Shown: positions 41,110-51,012 of the stretch, piece by piece
Numbering within the stretch: the stretch's first letter is position 1
How the letters are laid out: each line of letters starts with the position of its first letter
Assembly (NCBI GenBank): GCA_027008775.1
Contig: JALVDV010000001.1
Location: 73,934 to 137,933 of the forward strand
Reading direction: 5' to 3'
Length of the DNA stretch: 64,000 nt
Source: Candidatus Moraniibacteriota bacterium
GTDB taxonomy: Bacteria > Patescibacteriota > Minisyncoccia > Moranbacterales > DUUL01
Notes under the pieces: model-generated
Databases searched by the model: none
The model's input: the letters and a program-made list of their open reading frames with translations, nothing else
What the model was told of the DNA's origin: nothing
Program-made: the position numbers and the translations under genes

Positions 41110-42761
41110 CAAAAAAATTCAGACAAACATTTTTGGAATACCTTATTCTAACTACTATAGTGATAATTTTTATTGTTTTGTTTGACAAATATATATTATC
41201 AACCCTGCAACAAAATCAAAATGAAAAACACCAGCACATTAAGACAATTGGTAATGAAATCACAACAATAAAACATTCTCCTCTTAACTTTAGCCAAAGA
41301 GCCCACCACAATAAAAATGAGAAAAACCTTCAAAAAAAATACTATGCTAAACTGCAGAAAAACGGTGAAAAGTGGAGCTTAGTCGGTGCCCCTAAGACAT
41401 TTCATCTCAGCTTTTCCTCTGACAACAAATTACAAATAAAAGGATACGCTCCATTTATTGTTAAGATTAAAGATTTTACTCAAGAATATTATTCTATTGA
41501 TAAAACAGTTACATTGGATATCCCGAAAGATGCAAGTTCATTTATGGTTTACGAGCAAGAAGATGCATTACCAATCTTTGGTTATCATTATGTTGTCAGT
41601 GATAAAGACCAAATCAACAAACCCTCTTTAGAAATCCATCTGTCTGAATTTGACAAACAAATTAATTATCTAACCAACAAACTCGGCTGTCGATGGTTTA
41701 CTTTCGCTGATATCATGGAAAATTATGTCATAAAAAATAAAAAAATACCACAAAGAGCATGTGTTCTGAATTTTGATGATGGCAGAAAAGATAGTTATTT
41801 CTATATATTTCCAATACTAAAAAAATATAAAGCTGTAGGCACATTCTATATAATTACTCACTTGCTAGGTAAGCCAGCCTATATGACTTGGGAACAAGTT
41901 GATCAACTTTATTTAGATGGCAATGAGATAGGATCACACACACTTTTTGGTGGAAGTTTAGTACACCATCAACACTGGTTTGAGGAAAAATTAGGAAAAA
42001 AATTTACACACAACGAATTGGAAAAACAAATTATCGGTCCCAAAGAAGAATTAGAAAGTAGAGGATATTCTGTTAAAACATTCGCCTACCCACTAGGAGA
42101 GTGGAATCAAGAAATAGAAAACATAGTAAAGAAAAACTACATAGCTGCCAGAGATATTGAACGCCCTAGCAAAACTCTCTGCCCAAAAACTCCAACACTT
42201 TCTTTTGATGATTCTTTTATTTGGCATATGCACTACCATCACATTGAAAATGAAAATTTTACAACAATTAAACAAGGAATGGCCTATAATCATTGGTGGC
42301 AATTTGAGGATGGCTACAAAATTATATCGAGTAATCAAAACAGTGTTAGACAACTGAATAGTTTATACGATTTAACCAGTACAACTTATCATATTGTTGA
42401 TTTACGCGCCAAAAATGACCAGATTATAAACAAATTTATAATACCTAGAAAAGGTTCTTACCAAATTGAAATATTTGGTTCAACTGGAGAGCTGGGAAAA
42501 TCCAAATACTATTTCCTCAAGAATATCAAAATATTCATAGACAACAAACAAATGCGTATTTTCGCCGGAAATAGTAAACAATGCAAAAAAAATCACAACA
42601 CTTATTATTGCAGTTATTTTATAAAGAATGTAGAATTGGAACCGGGAGTTCATACTATCAGCGTAAAAAATATTGGCAAAAAGTTTCTTCGCTTGGACAA
42701 ATTTAGGATATTTAGGAAATTTAAAACAAAAAAAAGTTATGAAATTGAAATTATTAGCTAG
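41094..42761 (+). CDS. Polysaccharide deacetylase (CE4/NodB homology domain) with N-terminal TM and extra C-terminal domain
   Basis: CVLNFDDGRKDSY...GTFYIITHLLG...MTWEQVDQLYLDGNEIGSHT carries the NodB motifs 1-3 (TFDDG, H...H, Rpp). Confidence 0.7.
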   Translation: MAQKLTKKFRQTFLEYLILTTIVIIFIVLFDKYILSTLQQNQNEKHQHIKTIGNEITTIKHSPLNFSQRAHHNKNEKNLQKKYYAKLQKNGEKWSLVGAPKTFHLSFSSDNKLQIKGYAPFIVKIKDFTQEYYSIDKTVTLDIPKDASSFMVYEQEDALPIFGYHYVVSDKDQINKPSLEIHLSEFDKQINYLTNKLGCRWFTFADIMENYVIKNKKIPQRACVLNFDDGRKDSYFYIFPILKKYKAVGTFYIITHLLGKPAYMTWEQVDQLYLDGNEIGSHTLFGGSLVHHQHWFEEKLGKKFTHNELEKQIIGPKEELESRGYSVKTFAYPLGEWNQEIENIVKKNYIAARDIERPSKTLCPKTPTLSFDDSFIWHMHYHHIENENFTTIKQGMAYNHWWQFEDGYKIISSNQNSVRQLNSLYDLTSTTYHIVDLRAKNDQIINKFIIPRKGSYQIEIFGSTGELGKSKYYFLKNIKIFIDNKQMRIFAGNSKQCKKNHNTYYCSYFIKNVELEPGVHTISVKNIGKKFLRLDKFRIFRKFKTKKSYEIEIIS

Positions 42762-43674
42762 TTTAGTAATTATTTTCATCGCTCTAATGTTGACCAAAGA
42801 TAATCTGAAATCTTGTTTCAGAAGTAAATTTTCCAAACAAATAGGACAGGGAACAACAAAAATAACACTCCTCGAGAAACCCAAAAACAACGATCGGCAA
42901 CAAAACAATACTCACCAAAAAACAAAAGGAGCAGGAAGTTTTGTTGAGACTTTTTCAAAAGATTTTATTTTGGAGGAAACCGGCTCTATACTCGAAAGTC
43001 AAAATGACAATTGGTGGGTTAATTCGGGAGCTTTTCTGTATTCCGAGCATGGTATCGGTCGGACAATATTCGGCGCGTTGGATAAAAATAATAAATGGCG
43101 TCTTGATTATAAAAATTATAATGCTGATGAGACAGACAATGGATACCACCCTCAAAATATTTTTCGACTAATCACCAAAAGCAAATGGAAAAATTTCACT
43201 CAGTCAGCTTATTTTAGAATGAAAAAATATCATCTCAGTTCCAGCAAACATCGCTTTGAATCAAATGGAATTCTGTTGTTCAATCGATATCTGGACGGTA
43301 ATAACCTTTACTATACCGGACTGAGAGTAGATGGAGCAGCTGTTATCAAAAAAAAGTACAAAGGGAAATATTATTTAATGGGCTATAAAAAAATATTAAA
43401 GGGAAAATACGACAGACAAAAAAATCCCAATCTAATCCCGACAAATCAATGGATTGGTATTAAAAGCAAGGTAGCAACAATTTCCAATAATAAGACTGAA
43501 ATAAAATTAGCTATTGACATCAAAGGAAACGGAAATTGGCAAGAAATTTTAAGAGTTATTGATGACGGTAAAAAATTTGGCGGTCCAACTATTTCTCAGA
43601 ATGGCCATGCCGGCATCAGGACTGATTTTATGGATGTTCAGTTTGACAATTATAAAATAGAAGAAAGGAGGTGA
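42739..43674 (+). CDS. Secreted LamG/DUF1080-like (concanavalin-type jelly-roll) protein
   Basis: Signal peptide MKLKLLASLVIIFIALM. The C-terminal GHAGIRTDFMDVQFDNYKI resembles the DUF1080 terminal strand motif. Start at internal ATG 42739. Confidence 0.4.
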   Translation: MKLKLLASLVIIFIALMLTKDNLKSCFRSKFSKQIGQGTTKITLLEKPKNNDRQQNNTHQKTKGAGSFVETFSKDFILEETGSILESQNDNWWVNSGAFLYSEHGIGRTIFGALDKNNKWRLDYKNYNADETDNGYHPQNIFRLITKSKWKNFTQSAYFRMKKYHLSSSKHRFESNGILLFNRYLDGNNLYYTGLRVDGAAVIKKKYKGKYYLMGYKKILKGKYDRQKNPNLIPTNQWIGIKSKVATISNNKTEIKLAIDIKGNGNWQEILRVIDDGKKFGGPTISQNGHAGIRTDFMDVQFDNYKIEERR

Positions 43675-43737
43675 AACAAGTATAATAAACAAGAGTTCTT
43701 TTGGGGTTTTTAAAAAAAATTTAAAGGAGGGAGAGCA

Positions 43738-43959
43738 GTGAAAGTTAACGTAGAAAGAAACGGTAGTCAACTGGTTAAAAAGATTTCAGACTGTGAGTTG
43801 GGAGATGTGGTTAATTATTCGGCAGAGAATTGCATTATTATCGAGAAACGTAAAAATATTACGCAATTGGTCTCTGCGGATTTCTCCAGAAAATTCGTAG
43901 TAGCTAACCACATCGCCTTGCCGGTCGCCCAAAAAGCCCAGATGACTATTCAATTCTAA
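43738..43959 (+). CDS. Small hypothetical protein (73 aa, GTG start)
   Basis: RBS AAAGGAGGGAGAGCAGTG; followed by a strong terminator. Confidence 0.35.
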   Translation: MKVNVERNGSQLVKKISDCELGDVVNYSAENCIIIEKRKNITQLVSADFSRKFVVANHIALPVAQKAQMTIQF

Positions 43960-43996
43960 TTAATCTAAATTTCAATCTAAGTTTCAATTTTAACTC

Positions 43997-44033
43997 AAAC
44001 ATGCTGATAAAATTTATCAGCATGTTTTTTGTG
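43997..44033 (+). terminator. Rho-independent terminator ending the glycan operon
   Basis: AACATGCTGA-TAAAATTTA-TCAGCATGTT hairpin followed by TTTTTTG. Confidence 0.7.
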
Positions 44034-44402
44034 TAAACTTATAATAGGATGAGCGATGAATAAAAAACTAAAGTTTCAATCCGGCATCTAATATGTCAGT
44101 CCGAATATTAATAAATTGGTAAAACTTAAGAAATCAGGAAAGTAAGATATGAAATGGTATGGTAGGGAAGCAGGGTAAAGATATAAAAAATCACAATAAA
44201 ATCAACTGCAAAAAGAATTATCGGTTTATTACTAATAAATTTATTTGATCAATCATTTATACAAATACAGACAACGGATTTAGACATCTATTCTTACCGG
44301 TGATTGAAACTTGATAATTCAGACAAAAGAGAGGAAAAGAGGGGAATGGTTAAGATTCAAACTTAAAAATCAAAATCGCAAAATATTACAAGATAAAAAT
44401 AT

Positions 44403-44434
44403 GGAAATAAAAATAAAAATAAAAATAAAAAATT
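44403..44434. repeat. (AAAAAT)n microsatellite
   Basis: AAATAAAAATAAAAATAAAAATAAAAAATT read directly from the sequence. Confidence 0.8.
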
Positions 44435-45084
44435 AAAACAAAACTAAAATTGAAATAGATACAACGTCGCACAATATATCTTTTGCGACATTATATATTG
44501 CCACTTGATAATTAGCAACAAATGCTAAAGCCTGAAACAACAAAACATAATGAACGAACTTGAAGAACAAAGCAAGATAAGCAATTCTCTCTGTTTATAG
44601 CCATAAATTAAACAATTAATTTGATTTCAAATTCAAAAAATTTACAAACTCTTGCTATTCATAATATTATATTTATTTTCATTCAGAATATCATCCATAA
44701 ATTCATTCTTATTTAGCTTTTCAGGTATTTTCCGGCCAAAAGGTACCCTTCCTAACGAAAGCAAATTTTTTTATTCAATTTACAAGATAAGCCCCGGTAC
44801 CTACCTACCTTTAACTTTTTTCAATTCGCTTCTAAAAAGCGAGAATTCATCAAACCTCCACCAAACAAGAGAAATTTAGCCAAATTTTGTCAAAAATTTC
44901 TAACACAAACAAAATTTTTAGCCGGTCCCACTTATTAACAATTTCAAACAATCTAATTTGTCATTCCAAATTTTCTGAAAAATTTTTTCAATTCAAGTGT
45001 CCTATTAATGAACATTTTGCCAAGTGACTTAAAAACAGAAGCATTCACAAAGACGATAAATAAAATAAAAAATCCGAGAAAACT

Positions 45085-45135
45085 TCTTAAAAAAATAAAA
45101 ACAAAAAAATTAGCAGTCAACTACCTCAACTGCTA
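45085..45135 (-). terminator. Rho-independent terminator of the peptidase gene
   Basis: TTAGCAG-N13-CTGCTAA hairpin, followed on the minus strand by TTTTTTTGTTTTTATTTTTTTAAG. Confidence 0.55.
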
Positions 45136-45204
45136 ATTTAAAAACGAATAGGGCGACAATTTCAAAAACAACCTAAAAAGCAAGACGAAGACAAATAAAA
45201 CAAA

Positions 45205-46563
45205 TTATTCGTAAACTATCATTTGATCTATTACCACCCCGCTTTTGTATATAGCGCTAATCAACTTTTTACTGGTGTCCAAAAATATATTGGGACCAAA
45301 CAAAGGATCATGCACAACATATTTACCTTTCTTGTCCTTGTGATGAATAACGACATAATGCCCTGCCCCGCTACGCGACCTGATGAAAACAATGACCGGG
45401 TGTTTCTTTTTAAGCTGAGAGTTAATCTTACTCCAACTGATATTTCCGTGACTACGACCATATTTCAAAGACAAATCACCCCATTTTGATGGCCAAACTA
45501 TCAAGTCTTGATAAAAAAGCGGCTTTTTGGCTAATTTACCAGGATTTATCTTTTCTCCCTCCTTAGTAAAGACCATTGCCAAGGAAGTTACCGCGCAACC
45601 ATAGTCTTTCATTAAAGTTCCGGAGAAACCAATCGTCTTCTTTCCCCAGCGAGGATCATCCTGCGCGTAATACCAGGAAGTGCTGGCCAGACCGCTTTTA
45701 GGTTTCTTAGCCTTTCTTTTAATTTCCGCCACCGTAGCCTTGACCGCGCTGGAAAACGAAGACATATTCATAATCAATTTTTTTTGAGCTTCAATTCTGG
45801 CCAACATAGCTTTATATTTGGCCTCATCCCCCGCCGTACGAGCCAAGAAATCATTCTTAATCCTCCGTTGTTCTTCCAAAACCTCTTTTTCCCTTTTGAG
45901 CTTTTTCTTTCCTTTTTCAATTTCCTCAATTTTCTCTTTTATCTTGGCCCGCTTTTCCAAAATCTCCCTTTTGTCGTCTTTCAAGCGTTTTAATTTTTCG
46001 TTAATTTTTTCAGATAGTTTATTTAGATAATTCGCCCTATCCATCCAAACCGTCAAATTGCTTTCGCTGTTTAAAAGATTAATTTCAAACTCCCGCCGAT
46101 TCTTTTCGTATAAAACTATATTGGATTTCAGTTGTTCTTTTAATTCTTGCATCTCCTTATTTTTCATTTCCAGTTCAGTCTCCAACCTCTTCAACTCATT
46201 CTGATTACGCTCAATCTCTGCCTCAATATTTCTTAAATTATTCTCTGCCCTACTGACACGCAAATTGTATAATTTGACTTGATTGGCCAAAATATTTTTT
46301 TGCTGAGTGGTTGTTTCAACCTTGGCGCTTAAAACACGTTTACACTTCTCTAGCTTTTCCAGGTCTTGGGTGTTTTCTTTGATAATACGTTTACATTTTT
46401 CTATTCTTTCTGAAGTGGGAATAATAGCTTGAACATAAGCAAAAGCAAGCGCCCAAAGAATAAAAGCGCTCAGCCACCTAATAACAAAAATACTCATTTT
46501 TCCTATTCCTCTCGTAGTCATAAAAAAATTTATCTCACCCCCAATTCTACCATTTATTAACAA
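45205..46563 (-). CDS. Coiled-coil protein with C-terminal papain-like (C39-like/CHAP-type) cysteine peptidase domain; putative cell-wall hydrolase
   Basis: N-terminal TM followed by ~230 aa of heptad-rich coiled coil. C-terminal YYAQDDPRWG...GCAVTSLAMV (Cys)...GHYVVIHH (His)...VHDP is consistent with C39-like peptidases. Confidence 0.55.
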   Translation of the reverse strand: MLINGRIGGEINFFMTTRGIGKMSIFVIRWLSAFILWALAFAYVQAIIPTSERIEKCKRIIKENTQDLEKLEKCKRVLSAKVETTTQQKNILANQVKLYNLRVSRAENNLRNIEAEIERNQNELKRLETELEMKNKEMQELKEQLKSNIVLYEKNRREFEINLLNSESNLTVWMDRANYLNKLSEKINEKLKRLKDDKREILEKRAKIKEKIEEIEKGKKKLKREKEVLEEQRRIKNDFLARTAGDEAKYKAMLARIEAQKKLIMNMSSFSSAVKATVAEIKRKAKKPKSGLASTSWYYAQDDPRWGKKTIGFSGTLMKDYGCAVTSLAMVFTKEGEKINPGKLAKKPLFYQDLIVWPSKWGDLSLKYGRSHGNISWSKINSQLKKKHPVIVFIRSRSGAGHYVVIHHKDKKGKYVVHDPLFGPNIFLDTSKKLISAIYKSGVVIDQMIVYE

Positions 46564-46640
46564 TTTTGTCTAAAGACAATTATATGTTATGATGGAAACC
46601 GCTTTGACGTTTTTTATAAAAAATAAAACAAAAAATAACT

Positions 46641-46994
46641 ATGAAGGATCTGCAAGAAATTTTTGATGAACTCCAAACTCTAAAAAAAGAAAACAAAGAA
46701 ATAAGAAAGGATTACAAAAATATCCTTCTTCAAGATGGAGAGTACGAAAAAATTACCGATAAAATCGCTGAGTTAAGAGAAAAGAAAAAGGAAAGAGAAA
46801 TTAGCGCTCAAAACGAATTGGGTTCCGCCTGGAACAAATTGGAAGAAAACAAACAGAAAATCAAAGATTTGGAACAAATCCTGACCGACGTCGCTATGAC
46901 CAATCTAATGGATGGCAAGACCGTTGAAGTTAGAGACGAATGGGACACTCTCTACGAACCGGTCTATAGAATCACTTTTAAAAAAGTGAAATAA
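46641..46994 (+). CDS. Hypothetical coiled-coil protein
   Basis: 117-aa K/E-rich ORF; no domain recognised. Confidence 0.4.
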   Translation: MKDLQEIFDELQTLKKENKEIRKDYKNILLQDGEYEKITDKIAELREKKKEREISAQNELGSAWNKLEENKQKIKDLEQILTDVAMTNLMDGKTVEVRDEWDTLYEPVYRITFKKVK

Positions 46995-47186
46995 AAAACT
47001 CCATTGCATTCAACATTTTTGTATATCTGAAGTAATGCCCGGAAAATTTTGCGAAATAAAAATTTAGCAAAATATCAGAAGAGAAAAACTTCACCCGATA
47101 AGCTCAGACTGCAAGTTAGCCGATCGAAGACATCGAGCATCCATTGTGGCCAGGAATTAACACATTATAACAATTGGAAGCCGACA

Positions 47187-48707
47187 TTATAATTCAGATA
47201 TTGCTTTTTCAATTCTTTTCAAACTTTCTTCTTTACCCAAGACCCAGGCCACCTCAAAGGGTGAAGGTGATTTTTTCTGTCCCGTTAAAACCCAGCGCAG
47301 AGGAAACAAATAATCACCTCTTTTTTCTCCAGCCAGCCCTAGCAATTGTTCTTGAATATATTCTTCTGTCCATCTTTCTCCTGGTATATCCTCCAAAACT
47401 TTCTTCACCTCAATTAACGCTTTTTTCGTATCCTCAGCAGTATTGTTTTTCCAATGAATATCTTTTAGAGAAAAATTTAGTTCTTCCGCCGTTTTAAAAA
47501 AGAACTGATTCTCAACACCAATCTCGGTAAACTTATTCAGTCTCTCCTGCTCCACCCGTAAAACTTTTTTAACATAATCTTTTATTTCCTCAACGCTTAA
47601 ATCAGTCCTTTTCAGAAATCTTTGATAAAAACCGTGCTTCCCTAAAAATCCAATACCTCTATTATATAAATCATCAATGGACATTCTTTTAATATGCTGA
47701 TTACTAATCCAATTCAAACGATCCAAATCAAACACTCCCCCGGCCTTATTCATTTTCTTGAGATCAAACTGCTCAACCAATTCTTCCATAGTAAAAATTT
47801 CCTGCTCTGTCTTGGGGTTCCAACCCAACAAAACAATAAAATTTATCAAGGCCTCCGCCGGATAACCTTGGTTTCTAAAATCTTCCACACTCACGCTTCC
47901 CTCCCTTTTGGAAAGTTTCTTTTTATCCTTATTCAAAATGTTAGCCATATGAACAAAATAGGGCATTTCTTTTTCCCAACCCAAAGCCCTATACAACAGA
48001 ACGTGCTTGGGCGTACTAGGTAGCCACTCCGCTCCTCTGATAACGTGAGAGATTTTCATTAAATAATCATCCACTACTGAAGCCAGATGGTAGGTGGGAA
48101 AACCATCCGACTTTAGGATAATTGGATCATCCAAGGTTTCGTTTTTAATTTTAACCTCACCAAAAACCGCATCCTGAAAAACTGTCTCTCCTTTCGGAAT
48201 TTTAAAACGCACAACATAGGACTCACCAGCTTCAACTTTCTTTTGCGCTTCTTCCGCTGACAAATTCAAACAGTGCCTGTCATATTTCGGAGCCTGTTTA
48301 TTTTTTTGCTGCTCCTGACGCAATTTTGCCAATCTTTCCGGAGAGCAGAAACAGCGATAAGCCTTGCCCTCTTCCAACAATTTCTCCGCATATTTCCTAT
48401 AAATATCCAGTCTTTTAGATTGAACATAAGGGCCGTATTCACCTTCTTCAACCAATTTTCCGGTCTCACCAATTTTCACCCCCTCGTCTATCTCCAGCCC
48501 GGCCCATTTTAAAGATTTTACAATCCGCTCCATTGAGCCCTCAACTAACCTTTTCTGATCCGTGTCTTCAATTCGCAAGATAAAATCGCCACCATTTTGC
48601 TTAGCCAATAGATAATCAAATAAAGCGGTCTTTAAGCCGCCAATATGCAACTCTCCCGTCGGCGACGGTGCAAATCTGGTTCTAATCCTTTTGTGATTTT
48701 TATTCAT
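47187..48707 (-). CDS. gltX: Glutamate--tRNA ligase
   Basis: IRTRFAPSPTGELHIGGLKTALFDYLLAK...ILRIEDTD carries the HIGH region; KMSKS-region equivalent KLSKR. Confidence 0.95.
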   Translation of the reverse strand: MNKNHKRIRTRFAPSPTGELHIGGLKTALFDYLLAKQNGGDFILRIEDTDQKRLVEGSMERIVKSLKWAGLEIDEGVKIGETGKLVEEGEYGPYVQSKRLDIYRKYAEKLLEEGKAYRCFCSPERLAKLRQEQQKNKQAPKYDRHCLNLSAEEAQKKVEAGESYVVRFKIPKGETVFQDAVFGEVKIKNETLDDPIILKSDGFPTYHLASVVDDYLMKISHVIRGAEWLPSTPKHVLLYRALGWEKEMPYFVHMANILNKDKKKLSKREGSVSVEDFRNQGYPAEALINFIVLLGWNPKTEQEIFTMEELVEQFDLKKMNKAGGVFDLDRLNWISNQHIKRMSIDDLYNRGIGFLGKHGFYQRFLKRTDLSVEEIKDYVKKVLRVEQERLNKFTEIGVENQFFFKTAEELNFSLKDIHWKNNTAEDTKKALIEVKKVLEDIPGERWTEEYIQEQLLGLAGEKRGDYLFPLRWVLTGQKKSPSPFEVAWVLGKEESLKRIEKAISEL

Positions 48708-48741
48708 AAAATCATTCTCTAATTATATCTTTAAAAATTTT

Positions 48742-49329
48742 TCAGAGTTTTAAAACATTAACACCCAGCTTCTTCAAACCCAAATACAATTTTGTCAAAG
48801 GCAATCCGATTATCGAGAAAAAATCCCCCTCCACCGCCTCAGTCAAAATCGCCCCTTTATTCAACAAACCAAAACCGCCGGCAAAAGTCAAAATATTCTT
48901 TTCACTGCTAACATAATCCGCTATTTCTTTTACAGTTAACTTTCGGAATTTAACCCAGCCAATCCCGTAATCACTAATCGCTTTTCCAGTCTTTGCATTA
49001 ATAAGCGCCAATCCAGAAACAAGACCAACTCGCTTCCCGGAAAATTTTGTCAAAACATTTATCGCTTCGTTCTCATCTTTGGGCTTACCGATTACTTCAT
49101 TCGCCAAGAAAACCATTGTGTCGCCGGCGACAACAATTCCTTCACTATAATGACTAGCCACCTCCTTAGCTTTTCCCATCGCTAAAAATTGAGCCAACTC
49201 TACCGGCTTTTTATCCAGAGTCATATCTTCCTGATAATCACTTTCCCTGACAATAAAATCAGTTAAACCAATCTGTTTTAACAATTGTTGACGACGCTCT
49301 GATTTTGAAGCCAAAATTATTTTTTTCAT
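48742..49329 (-). CDS. maf: Maf-like nucleoside triphosphate pyrophosphatase
   Basis: KIILASKSERRQQLLKQIGL...VVAGDTMV...FAGGFGL carries the Maf/Ham1 signature. Confidence 0.85.
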   Translation of the reverse strand: MKKIILASKSERRQQLLKQIGLTDFIVRESDYQEDMTLDKKPVELAQFLAMGKAKEVASHYSEGIVVAGDTMVFLANEVIGKPKDENEAINVLTKFSGKRVGLVSGLALINAKTGKAISDYGIGWVKFRKLTVKEIADYVSSEKNILTFAGGFGLLNKGAILTEAVEGDFFSIIGLPLTKLYLGLKKLGVNVLKL

Positions 49330-49952
49330 TTCTCTCCCGTCTTTTTAATATTTTCCACAATCTCCGGGAAATCATCCGTGATAAAATGCCCCTTGTCCTG
49401 GAAAACAAAAAACTTTGCTCCCGGCAAAAGTTTTTTATACTTCTCCATATCGGTAAAAGGAACAATCGGATCATCAAGTGAGTGATAAAAAAACAACCTC
49501 CCCGCCAATTTTCTTCCCACATTGTTCTTTAATTTTTCTGAATCTAAAACAAATCCATCCAAATAATCATGGTTGCCATTTTTATCTCCAAACGGGGGCG
49601 CAATTAAGTGCACCTGCCCTATTCCCACCGGAAACTCATTCTCGTTAAGATATTTTAACCAAAAAATTCCCCCTAAAGAGTGACCAATTAAAACAACATC
49701 ATCCGTCAGATAAGGAAAATATTTCTCTATCCAAATCTTCCACTCCAAGTATTTGGCATTCCTCGGACAAGGCATCCGAGATAAAATCACTTGATAGCCA
49801 TCTCCCAAATCTTCTTGTAAAAGATCCTTCCAACGTTTTTCTCTTTTTTGACTAGCGGAAAAATCCAATTCATAGCCCCTCAGATAATCCAAATATTCAT
49901 CGTAGGTTTTAAAAGTCTCTCCTCCGTGAACGACCAAAACTTGCTTTTTCAT
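49326..49952 (-). CDS. Alpha/beta hydrolase, YdeN/RBBP9-like serine hydrolase
   Basis: MKKQVLVVHGG...VVLIGHSLGGIFWLKYL (GxSxG nucleophile elbow). Start taken at the internal ATG (49952) because the longer track ORF would overlap tRNA-Val. Confidence 0.7.
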   Translation of the reverse strand: MKKQVLVVHGGETFKTYDEYLDYLRGYELDFSASQKREKRWKDLLQEDLGDGYQVILSRMPCPRNAKYLEWKIWIEKYFPYLTDDVVLIGHSLGGIFWLKYLNENEFPVGIGQVHLIAPPFGDKNGNHDYLDGFVLDSEKLKNNVGRKLAGRLFFYHSLDDPIVPFTDMEKYKKLLPGAKFFVFQDKGHFITDDFPEIVENIKKTGEK

Positions 49953-50015
49953 AACAATCTTACTTACTACAAAATCCAAATAGCATAACTCGAACGTATC
50001 CTTCGGAAATTTACG

Positions 50016-50089
50016 TGGACAATACAGGATTTGAACCTGTGACCTCTCGCACGTCAAGCGAGCGCTCTAACCAACTGAGCTAATTGTCC
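50016..50089 (-). tRNA. tRNA-Val (anticodon GAC)
   Basis: The reverse complement GGACAATTAGCTCAGTTGGTTAGAGCGCTCGCTTGACGTGCGAGAGGTCACAGGTTCAAATCCTGTATTGTCCA folds as a cloverleaf: 7-bp acceptor stem, D-loop AGTTGGTTA, anticodon loop TTGACGT, T-loop TTCAAAT. CCA is not encoded. Confidence 0.8.
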
Positions 50090-50111
50090 ATACAACATTA
50101 ATCTTACCTAT

Positions 50112-50150
50112 AGCTTCTCGCCCGTCAAGAGAGCGCTCCTCGCCCAAACA
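50112..50150 (-). other. Partial tRNA-Val-like duplicate (anticodon-region fragment)
   Basis: TTCTCGCCCGTCAAGAGAGCGCTCCTCGCCC resembles the D/anticodon segment of the adjacent tRNA (CTCTCGCACGTCAAGCGAGCGCTCTAACC) but cannot complete a cloverleaf. Confidence 0.3.
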
Positions 50151-50308
50151 TACCGTTCGGTACGGACGGGTAACCTACCGAACTAAACTAACTTCCCAAA
50201 ATAAATCAAACAATTTTCCGCCTATCATTTATCAATTAAAAATCCCAACAGCCCACCAAAAATCAACGTGGAAACAAGCATTGGAATTATACTACTGACA
50301 TCACCCCT

Positions 50309-50560
50309 TCAAACTGGAAAAGTGATTGGTAACAACGTCAAAACAACCAGCACAACTCCTTTGTAGATGCCTCTAATTTTCATGTCTGTCGTGGCCACCA
50401 AAAACCCAACGACTAACCAATGGAAAAAAGCAGAGAAATCAGCTTCCCACTCCAGTTTCATTAAAATCATCGATACAACATCCAGTGGATCAACCACCGC
50501 TCCCAAAAAAAGAGCTTTTTGATTTTTTCCATAAAGTAGCAATAAATAATTTTCAAACAA
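50309..50560 (-). CDS. Possible small membrane protein (83 aa)
   Basis: ORF with two hydrophobic segments; weak evidence. Confidence 0.25.
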   Translation of the reverse strand: MFENYLLLLYGKNQKALFLGAVVDPLDVVSMILMKLEWEADFSAFFHWLVVGFLVATTDMKIRGIYKGVVLVVLTLLPITFPV

Positions 50561-50914
50561 CTACTTAAGTCAACTATTCTCTGACTCGTTTATTCTATAT
50601 TTTTTTCCATTTTTTTGCAACCAGATCCCCACAATTTATCCCATTTTATTTGCCAAGCTTGTTTAACAATCAACTTCTAAATGAAGCAACATATCTTCAT
50701 GCAAATCCCGCAAATAATCAGTGAGCAAAATCCAACACAATCAACAAGAGTAACACTCAATCAATTTAATCGGTCAATCTGCATTTCCGAATCACCAAAC
50801 AACCAACATTTACCACCAAGTACCGTGATTAAATATAACTGAAAAACCTAAAAACAAAAGATATCACATATTCTCCAGTCACTTCCTCTTCCGCTATTAT
50901 AATTACCACCTTCC

Positions 50915-50942
50915 ATTATGATATTATCAATAATATCATAAT
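50915..50942. repeat. 28-bp palindromic repeat, copy 3
   Basis: ATTATGATATTATCAATAATATCATAAT, exact. Confidence 0.85.
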
Positions 50943-51012
50943 GGTTACGCTTACAGACAAACTCTTTTCCTCTTCCTCATTCGATCATAACTGTCATCAC
51001 CACTTCCACTAT

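Noticed and set aside
50100-50200. A second intact tRNA next to tRNA-Val
   Set aside because: Only the D/anticodon-like segment matches. No acceptor or T-arm pairing can be formed on either strand. Reported only as a fragment.
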